Assembly: GCA_010405405.1 (NCBI GenBank)
Contig: MU004231.1
Coordinates: 2,371,860-2,435,859 of the forward strand
Direction of reading: 5' to 3'
DNA length: 64,000 nucleotides
DNA from: Microthyrium microscopicum
Taxonomy: Eukaryota
A program made the position numbers and the translations under genes. The notes beneath the pieces were generated by a model, which saw nothing but the letters and a program-made list of their open reading frames with translations, was not told where the DNA came from and made no database searches. Below, piece after piece: positions 54,401-64,000 of this stretch (its first letter is position 1; every line of letters begins with the position of its first letter).

Positions 54401-56792
54401 AAGATAAGAATATTATTAAGATAGATAATATAAGTTATATTAATAAAGCTATATAGAACTTAATTAATATATACTTAAAAGGTAATAAGAGCATTAGTAA
54501 GCTTAAAAGGTATTACTTAGTATTTAAAGGACTTATATTTAATTTAGAATACTATCTTCTACTTATTACTAATATAAATATAAATATAATAGTATACTTT
54601 ATAAAGATTTAGACTTATAAAGAGCTTAGCTCTTAATAGTTAGTCTAATAATTCTTTAATTAATAATAGAGTATAGTAGTTCTTAATTATAATATTATTT
54701 AAGTCTTTATAGTCTATATATAAATATAAAGTATTATTCTTTTTCTTTATAAAAATAATTAAGGCTTTAATAGAAAACTAAGATTTATAAATAAATTTTC
54801 TTTTAAGATTTTTCTTAAGATATTTATGTAGAATAATTAGTTTTACTTTTAATAGGCTATAAATAAGTTTATAAAGTATATTTATACCTAACTTAAAATT
54901 AATAACTAGGTTTTATAAACTATATTCTATTAAATCTTATACTTTATTCTTACTAAAGACCTTTATAAGCTTCTTATAGTAATATAGTAAGTCTTATAGG
55001 CTAATATAATCTAATAAATCTATTAGATACTTAAAGAGCTAAGTAGATTTATCTTAACTTAATTAAAGTAACTCCTTTAAAGAAATAGAGCTAATCTTAT
55101 TATAGTAGTTATTCTTTAAATAAATAAAGAATAAAGTCTTAGCCTTAAAGTCTAATAAGGAGTTCTAGTCTTTAAGCTAAGATATCCTTATAATAATTAT
55201 ATAATATAATAAGTCTATAATATAAAATAATACCTTATTAGTCTTTAGAATCTTATTAAAATTAACTACTATTACTTTAGTAATTATTATTTTATAAATA
55301 GTTATAAGTATACTATTTAGGTACTTAATTAACTCTTTTAAGAGATAATATATCTTTAATTAAAGCTTCTTAGCTAAGACGTAGTTTATAATATTAAAAT
55401 AGGCTTTATTATTTATTATTACGTTTTATAATATATAATCTTAGCCTACTTAATTCTAAATAGTTTCTTATAGAATAATTTAGCGTAATTTCTTTAATTA
55501 ATATATTTCCTTATTTAGAATTTTCTTATTTCTTACTACTTCTAAGACCTAAATAATAATAACTTTATAAAAGTTACTAAGAAGGTTAAGAACTAGATTA
55601 TTTATAATAGAAACTATAAGATCCTAATTAGTTACCTTATAGCTTAATCTTTTCTTTTAACTCTCTTTAGCTTTAAGTTAGGGTAATTATAAACTATATA
55701 GCCTACTTTACTATAGTTCTAATACTTATCTTTATTAGAGTTGCTAAGAAATAGCTATTTAACTCTAAGCGTTATGCTACTTTTTAGTTTATTTAGCTTT
55801 AAAGCCTTATTAAGAGAGCTTAGTCTAAACTTCTTTAACTTATTCTTTTAGGAGCCTTATTAAGTCTTATCTTTTAAATTTTTAAATATTAAACGTTATT
55901 TAAAGAATTTATTATTCTTAGTATTTTTCTTAAAAGTAGTTAGTATCTTTTAGTTACTAATAAGTTTTAAGTACTTTAAAATATATTAAGATAAGACTTC
56001 TTTAATTATCTTAACTATATAATCTAAGTTAAAGATTATATTATTTCTAAGGTAAGTAGATAGTTTATTATTAAAGAATAATAAGTAAATTAATACGTTA
56101 TTAATTTTATACTTATAAAAGAGAAGTATAAGCTTATTAAAGTATTCTTAAGGGGTCTTTTCTTTTATTATAGTAGTTAAGAGGCTTTAGAAAGCTTTAT
56201 AACGTCTCTTAATAGGCGAACTAAAGAGTTTAAGAGCTTATTATTTTATAAAAGCCTATATAGGTTTATATTAGTTTAATTTAGCTAACTAAGTTTAGAA
56301 ATTAATATAATTATTTTAGATAGGTTATATAACCTTCTTATTAAGATAATTATAAGCTTAGAGAATTATTAAGTATAGATCTTTTTTATATTTCTTTATA
56401 GTAAGTATATTAATTATATTAAAGACCTAATTCTTATACTTTTATAAACTTTTAGTTTTATATATTTATAATTTATTACTACTATAAACTAATTTAAAGC
56501 TATTATATTTAATATAGGTTAAAATAGTTAGGCTAGTATTATATTAACTCTATTTATTAATTTATTTAATTAAGTAAAGTTTTCTATATTTATAGACTAC
56601 TTTTATTACTTTAAGTTATTTAATTTTAAGTATATTATATATTTATTATATTTTAGCTTATAGCTATTTTAGCGTCTTTTTTATATTTACTACTAATTCT
56701 AAATAAGCTTATTCTATATTAGTAGGATTACTTATAAAGCTACTTAGTTCTATTAAAGTTAATATAACTATATTTAGTATAACTAGATTTAG
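51500..56792 (-). mobile_element. RIP-inactivated Ty3/Gypsy internal region (different family), 5' end cut by the next element; left end approximate
   Basis: Minus strand: RT YIIYLNNILI (YLDDILI) ~54430-54405; RNase H LEIDAS (LETDAS) ~53935; integrase F*KDIIINFIINL...YNFIIVVIYKLIKIAYY (WKDITIDFITDL...DSIMVVV.RLTKMAH) ~53070-52950; SH3-like KYISFFKV...YYINL...VYNIFYISLL (GPFKV...AYRIDL...VHDVFHVSLL) ~52345-52240. Confidence 0.85.
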
Positions 56793-59700
56793 TATTAGGA
56801 GTTAAACCCCCTAAAGCTATGCCCGTTTAGGCTACCCCTATTATATATAAATACTTTAATTAAAGAGTCTCTTAACTTTTCTTTCTCTCTAAGTTACCTT
56901 CTTGTTTAGTAGGCTTATAATATAACTTATCTCTTTATTATCTAACCTATAATATTAAGTAACTTTAAAACTAACCCCTCTTTTTACCTACTCCCTCTTT
57001 ATTTATTAATAAATAGCTAGAATAGTAGACTAAGATCTTTCTTACCTAATAATTATTAAATAGAATAAAGAAACGTCTTTTAAGAGTTTTACTTATAAGA
57101 ACGTAGAAGTATACTTTACGTATATTAACTAATAATAGATAGAGCTATAGAACTACCTAGACGTATTTTAGGAAGTAACTAATAATAGCTTATAATAAAT
57201 AACGAATAGTATTTTACTACTTAATAATACGCTTAATTTATCTATTTTATAATTACGTATAACTATTACTAGTTATAAATAAGCTTTATAATAACTAAAT
57301 AGATTAACTAGCAAAATTCGTATATAATTAAATAAGAATATATAATAAATTATAATAGTCTATACTAAATTCTAAATCTAAGTTAATAGCTAGAATAAAT
57401 AACTTATTAATATCTATACTAGTAGTAAGATTTTTATATAATAAGTAAATAATACTACCTATAAGATGCTAACTTAATAATAGTAATAAGAATAGAAACG
57501 ACTTTAGAGGGAATTTATAATACTTAGTATAACTCTTTTTTTAATATTAGCTATACTCTTTATTAAAAAAACCTCTAACTATAGCTACTATTTTCCTTTA
57601 ATTCTATAAGCTAATCCTTCTTAGACTTTAATTATAATAGCTAGACTAGTAGTCTTTTCTCTACCTCCTCTAATAAATCCTTTAACTACCTAATATAAGC
57701 TACTTTAACTACTATTATAAAACTTCTAACTAGCTTTCTTAAACTTAGAATAATATTTATATAAAGACTTAACCCTTTACTTTAATTTTTACTAAATAAT
57801 TAAAGTAAAATTATATATTAATAGATAAATTTATATAAATAACTATACCTAAATCTACTATATATTTAGCTAGCTTATAAGAGATACTACTTAATAAGTT
57901 CTTTCCTAAATTTAGAATTTTACTAGCTATAGTATTATAAGTTTTAGTAAGTTTATAAAATAGATAGATTTTCTCTTCTATAATTTATATAAAAAAATAA
58001 AAGCTTTAGTAAATTTCTAAAAGATTTAGTAAGAAGGTAAAAAATAAAGAATCTTTTAGGCTAAGTTTTAGTAATATTTTATTTATAGTAAAGTATAATT
58101 TTAGGTTACTCTTATCTAGATATAGTTCTTAAAAAATATTATAGATTCTAGTCTTAAAATAGCTCTAATTACTTATTCTTAGCCTAATAACTTAGATACC
58201 TTTACTTAAGAAGCTTTAAAAACCTAGGATTAAATAGTTTAAGCCTATATAAGCTATTATAACTTAAGAGGCTTAAGCGCTAAAATAAGTACTTAGTAGA
58301 CTTAGCTATCTAGGAATTAGGACCTAGACGTAATAGAAAGCATTTAGGTTAGAGCTAGCTAAGCTTCATTGGCAAAAGTTAAGCTTAGCTTGGGAAGAGG
58401 AAATATCCTAATAGTTCTAAGGAATTCTATAAGTCCTGGCAAGTCCTAGCAGGTTCTATAAGTCTATTATTATTAGATTAAAAACGTTTCTATTATTATT
58501 TTACCTCCTAGTTGGGCCTAGCGTGTAATTTATATACCATTCTGTAGCCCTAGATTAGGGCTATATTATTATGTAATTTATATTACCCTAGCCCTAATAG
58601 CCGTCGAGATACAGCGATTATCATTTTATTAAAAATGACTTTTATAATAACTTCCTAATTAGGCTAGCTATAATATTATAAGTAACACTATTAGATAGAG
58701 CTCGTCAAGACGAGTATTATTATATATAGGTTATAGATTATTAAAGCCTTATTACCGTTTGCAGCCTAGATATAAAAAGTGTGGCTTAACAACCTAAAGT
58801 TCAAGTAGCGTTTTATATCTTCTATCCTTGCTAACTCTATAAAACCTTAACGGATTTGGCTAGTTCTTTTAAAATACCTATAAAACCTATGATTTATACG
58901 TATAGGCGTAGAGATAATAGCCGCATTAGGCTAGATAGCTAGTAATCTATAAGGGAAGGTTAGACTTAGAAAATCTCGTTATTGGTTTTAATGTTCCTTG
59001 CTAAGCCAAGATCCCTGTTAACTCCTACCAAAATTTGGCTCCTATCCTGCTAGTCCTTAGGTGACAAGTTAACCTGACTTGCCTAATATGTTAGACATAG
59101 ACTAACGGACTAACGTCCTAGTAGGCACCTACTAGGACTACCAGCAGAGCTTAACTTTTGCTAATGTTAGCATAACTATTATAAGCAAAATAATCTTTAT
59201 TTTTACTATAGCTTAGCTAATTATAGAATTTAGAATTATAAATAGGCGCTCTAAGTATTATCTAGAAACTAGAATTTTTCCTATAGCTAGATTAGCTATA
59301 GATAAGAATAAGGTAGAGAAAGCTCTACTAAAAGTAGATACTTATAAGATAATACTAGTAGATTCTAGGCTAGTACTACTAATGCTCTAAACGCTTCTTA
59401 GAATAGCTAGCTAATAAGGGCTACTACTACTTAGCTAAGAAATAATAACCTTTATAATAATCTATATAATGTTATTAATATAGAATTAGAAAACTAGTAA
59501 GCTTAAATTAAAAATATAATACTAAGCTAAAAAATTATAAAAATATTATTTTAGAATAGTATTAAAAGTTCTTTACTTAGAATATAGTTATAAAGCCCTT
59601 TTTAATATCTTTAATAATAAATTAACTTTCTTTATATATAGGCTTTATTAATAGTAGCTACTTAACCTATTTCTTTATAAGTCTTTATTTTACTTAAAGA

Positions 59701-60521
59701 TATAAATTTAAATATATATTACTACCTTAAGTAATTCTTATTAAAAAGATAAATAGTAAGACTAAAAAAATTTATAAAATAGTAATTATAAAAATTAATA
59801 TTAAAAGCTATAAAGAAACTATTTAAGTCTTTATAATAAAAGAAACCCTAAGCTATAATATAATCCTTAGTCTACTTTAAATAAAGAAACGTAATATAGT
59901 TCTTTATATAAAACCTAAGAAGTTAGTCTTTAATAAAATAGGTTATATAGTTATAAGTCTAAAGACTTCTTAAAAGAAGTATAACTATATAATAATTAAG
60001 ACTATAGTATTTAAAATACTTATTTAATAAGCTAGAAAATAGATAAGATAGTCTTAAAAAGACTTAGTATTAATTATATAAATCTTTATTATAAGTTTTT
60101 ATAACTTATAGAAGGCTCTTACTTCTAAGAAATATATTAATCCTTATAAAAAGTTTCTTAAATAGTATTTAGATTATCTTAACTTCTTTTAAAGAGAGCT
60201 AGCTAATAAATAACTACTTATTTAAGGCCCTTCTATAAACTATAAGATTAACTTAATTCTAAATATTAATAGAAAAGAACCCTAGTTATCTTAGTAAGTA
60301 TTATATCTTATAAATTAGAATAAGTTACTAGCTCTTAAAAGAATTCTAAATAATTTACTAGAAAGTAAATTTATTAGAATAAGTAACTTACTTATAAGAG
60401 TACTAGTCTTCTTTATTTATAAAGTAAATAGATTAATTTATTTCTATTATAATTACTATATATTAAATAAGTTAACTATAAAAGACTACTACTCTTTACT
60501 ACTTATTTGTAAGATATTAAA
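56793..60521 (+). mobile_element. Ty3/Gypsy 5' portion (LTR ~56793-56954, gag, protease, start of RT), interrupted twice
   Basis: LTR-like tattagg...tatataaata...CT-rich...ataata. Gag zinc knuckle NLYFYYSLANYRI (NLCFYCGSADHRI) ~59190. Protease ILVDS ~59350. RT start FYYNYYILNKLTIKDYYSLLLI (FCxDYRxLNKLTxKDRYPLPLI) ~60442-60507, then cut by the LTR at 60522. Confidence 0.8.
58367..59166. mobile_element. 800-bp non-autonomous TIR DNA element (MITE-like), 19-bp TIRs, 2-bp TSD TT
   Basis: Left cattggcaaaagttaagct (58367-58385) versus right agcttaacttttgctaatg (59148-59166), 18/19 complementary. TT flanks both ends. Visibly more GC-rich than the flanks. Removing it rejoins the host gag frame. Confidence 0.85.
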
Positions 60522-63500
60522 TGTTAGGGACCTATAGGCGCAAGGGTGTAAGCTAATAGTAGATGTAATTTAAGAAAACTAATATAAAGAATCTAAGAGA
60601 GAGGATAGGAAATAGTTATAGGTAAGCTATACTAAATAATTCTTAGGCACTAAGCCCTTAGCATTACGTAATAAGGGATACTAATAATATTATAATAGGA
60701 TTAATAGTAGTAGATTTATAATAATACTTCTTCCTCTAAGATTAGTACTCTTAAGCTAAAAACTTATAAAAGGATAAGATTTATAATTAAGTTGTATAGT
60801 CTTATAATTCTAACGCTTTTTGGGGTATAAAATATAAAATATAAAAGTAATAAAAGTAAAAATAATAACCTTTTTTTATATATAACTACTATATATACTT
60901 ATTCCTTATACTGCCCTTTAGCCTACTAAAGTAACTATTAAGAGGTATTAATAAACCTTAAAATATCTTTAAAATACTCTAGTTTATAGACTAAGTATTA
61001 AGGTACGTATAGTAGTATTCTTTTACTATTTTAGGAGAATTTTATCTAAATTATATTTCTTCTTCTTCTTCTTCTAAGGGTTTATAAATATAGAGTATAG
61101 TTTAAGTTTATTAGAGTTCTAGTTATAATATTTAATAACTAGTTCTAGGTAAGAGTTAAGATCTAACTATAGTTACTAGTTAGGGTTATAGTTTTAGTTA
61201 TTCTATCCTATAAACTAAACTTTATACTATAAGACTTTCTTTTTACTAAAGCCCTTTATAATACCTATCTTGCTATTAATAATATAGTTAACTACTTACT
61301 CTTATTCTATATTATTATCTATATTTATAATTAAGGGAGGATTATTAGGTTCTTAGAGCATCGTAGCATATTTAGGGATAGAGTAGAGTAGCTAAGCATA
61401 GAAGACTAGGTAGATCTTTATCTTCTTTAGTAATTCTAGCTTATAGGTAAAGGTATTAATCTTTTTAATAATTTTAAAAAGTCTAGTAGATTTATTATTA
61501 AGGAACTTTAATAGTTAGAGAGATTTGTAATAATAGGCGTTAAGTTATACTTAATTACTTAGTTTAAGGTCTAGTGCTAGTTAATAAGTCTTATTAGCTT
61601 GCTTTTCTATAAGGGTAGTAGACTATAAGATTTATTTATAGAGATATTTATAGAGGTTAGTATAGATATAGAGATATTAGTTAGTAAGCTATTACTTAGT
61701 CTAGGTTAGCTTAGTTCCTAAGAGGGCTTTTAGAGGCATTAGTTCTAATCCTAATTAGGGAAGATAACTATTAAGTATATAGAAAGGACTTATCTTAGTA
61801 GAGGCGTAGATAGCATAGTTAGCTTTAAATTTAGTAAATAGTAGTAGTTTTACTTAGTCGTTTTGTTACTAGTTAATAAAGCATCTAAGGTAAGCTTTTA
61901 GTACTATAATTAATATTTCTATAATGCTATTACTTTATAAGTACTAAGTAGTAGTTAGGTAGATAATAATACTAATATACTTATAGAGACGTTGCTAGAA
62001 TATAGATATAAATTATAAACTATAGTTAGAGAGAATAAAGTTAGGCTATTCTATATACTTCTATATTTAGTTAAGGAACGTAAGAACTATTATCTATACG
62101 CTTAGGTTAGGAAGGGAAACGAACTATTAGGTACGTGTTAGCCTATCTATAATAACTATAACGTAGTAGTAGATAGTCTTAAGGTAAATATAGGGTAGTA
62201 AGGCGACTATAAAGTTAATAGAAATATTAGACTAAGCGTAGTTAGGTAGTAGGAATAAGTAGAAGAGACCTTACTTCTTTTACTTAACTAGTTTAGAGAA
62301 TACGTACTTGTATACTTTAATGTAGTACTTTACGTCCTTAGCTATATAGGGCTAGAAGTAAAATTAGTAGAGGTGCTAATATGTAGAAGCTATGTCACTA
62401 TAACTTATAACCTTATAATTATATATATATATAATAGCGTAGTGTTAGAGACGTCTTATAAAGGGGATAAAAAGTTGTTATCTGTATTAAATAGTACTAT
62501 TAGTAAGTACTTAGTAGTCTCTAAGTTTAATTAAATCCTTCTCTAGAATGCTATATAGTAGGTAATATAATTATACTGCCTTAAAGTTATAAATTACTTA
62601 GATAAGCTTATTTAATTAGCTAGCCTTAATAATATCTTTCTATAATATCTTTAGGTTAGCTAGTATGCTATCTATCCTAGAGTAATTAATTAGCTTACCT
62701 AGAATTAGGGTAGAATCCCCTATAGTTAGTTAATTAATTAGTTTACCTTTTGTAGTTAGCACGTTAACTTTATTAGTAATAATTATAGCAAGTTTAATTA
62801 TTATAGGTCGTTTGCTATTAATAAGGAGAATAGTAATCTTAATAGTATATTAAGTATTATAAGAGTAAGATATCTTATAGTAGGTATTAAAGTTATAAGG
62901 AGAAAGGATTAGTTATATTTATTAAGTAATCTATAAATTATTATTAGATTTTAGAAGATTTTATAATCTTTAAGTTAGCGTATCTACTTTTACGTTAGAG
63001 GGATTATTATAATATTTAATCTTAAACTAGAATTAGGAGAGAAACTCTGTCTATTAAGCTTAATAGCGAAATAGCTTTTTAGTTAATATAAAAGTACGTA
63101 AGTTAAGATAGTTAGTAAAAACTTATATAGAGTTAAAGGTTAAAAATAATTTAGGTTCCTATTCCTTAAACGCTTATATAATTATAAGTAGCTCTTTATT
63201 ATAGATATTATAATTATATTCTACTAGGGTTATCTTTTTAGAAAGAAAAGCTACTAGATAAAGCTTGCTATCTATGCCTTTTTAAGAGAGAATAGCTACT
63301 ACTACTTAGTCTAAAGCATTAATTTTAACCTAAGTCTTAGCGTTAGGGTTAAAGTAATAAAGGATTAGAGTAGTAGTAAAGGCCTTCTTTAAGGCATTAA
63401 ATGCTTATTCTTTAGGTTTAGTCTTACTCTATAGAAAGTATAATAGGACGTCCTTTTTAGTTAGCGTAGTAAGTAGTATAATAATTTTTAAGTATTCTTT

Positions 63501-64000
63501 AATAAAATAATAATAAAAGTTTATAAAACTAAAAAATATTTAGACGTCCTTTAGGGAGGTAGGGTAGTACTAGTTAAGTATAGCATTAATTTTCTTCTTA
63601 TCTATTTGGATTTTATTAGGTATAATAATAATACTAAGATATTTAACTAATTAGGTTATAAACTTAGATTTAGAAATATTAAGGTAGAGTCTAGCTTTTT
63701 TAAGCTTATTAAGGATTAAATAAATGTAGGTAATATGCTCCTCTTTAGTCTTATTCTAAATAAGGACGTTATTAAGGTAGACTATAATAAAGTTATTAAG
63801 GTATTTACGTATAGTGCTATTAATATAGGATTAAAAGCTTCTTAGTAATCCTATTATACTAAATAGTATTACTAAGGTTTTAAAGAGTCTATATTATATT
63901 AAGAACGTAGTTTTATATTTATCTCCTTTATAAATTTGAATGTTATTAAAGGTAGTAATAACGTTAAATTATAAGAAGAATTTTGCTTTATAGATCTTTA
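60522..64000 (-). mobile_element. Ty3/Gypsy chromovirus of a sister subfamily to 25756-40436; 3' LTR 60522-60723; runs off the window end
   Basis: LTR tgttagggacc... shares blocks (aagaaaacta, ctaagcccttagcattacgtaat) with 32896-33098. Reverse PPT at 60724. Collinear chromodomain, integrase, RNase H (VKINALD = VETDASD ~63320) and RT (YLNNVL = YLDDVL ~63770). Confidence 0.9.

Larger units (their letters stand above)
8630..64000. other. AT-rich, RIP-mutated transposon block (heterochromatin-like AT isochore), no intact genes
   Basis: Abrupt switch to very AT-rich DNA dominated by TpA, TAA and TAG, with CpA/TpG nearly absent. Only one spurious ORF of 60 aa or more in 55 kb. TE protein motifs are recoverable by reversing C>T/G>A. 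Confidence 0.97.

Noticed and set aside
8630..64000. AT-rich block as mitochondrial insertion, contaminant or alternative-genetic-code DNA
   Set aside because: The TpA excess with CpA/TpG loss and the recoverable TE motifs are explained by RIP; no mitochondrial genes, rRNA or tRNA were seen.

Overview
Filamentous-ascomycete genomic DNA (inferred from short GT-AG introns with CTAA(G/T) branch sites, an OCH1 gene and a strong RIP signature) with two sharply separated compartments. 1-~8,630 is GC-balanced and holds three minus-strand genes: a CaiB/BaiF-family alpha-methylacyl-CoA racemase-like gene running off the window start, a 497-aa hypothetical protein, and the alpha-1,6-mannosyltransferase OCH1. 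~8,630-64,000 is a gene-free, extremely AT/TpA-rich block of RIP-inactivated, nested transposons, read by mentally reversing C>T/G>A changes. It contains a Helitron-like HUH-Rep/PIF1 element, a Tad1-like LINE, several Ty3/Gypsy elements, a possible Copia fragment and an 800-bp TIR element. The most striking structure is a complete chromovirus inserted in reverse orientation 10 bp inside the 3' LTR of a copy of its own family, with both 5-bp TSDs visible, giving a ~14.7-kb quasi-palindrome. These elements carry a Tf1-type self-priming PBS, and the inner TSD suggests the target had been RIP-mutated before the insertion. I see no novel intact multi-gene system. The candidates for novelty are transposon architectures, mainly the unclassified 800-bp TIR element. 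Boundaries in the RIP block are approximate unless TSDs or termini are quoted.
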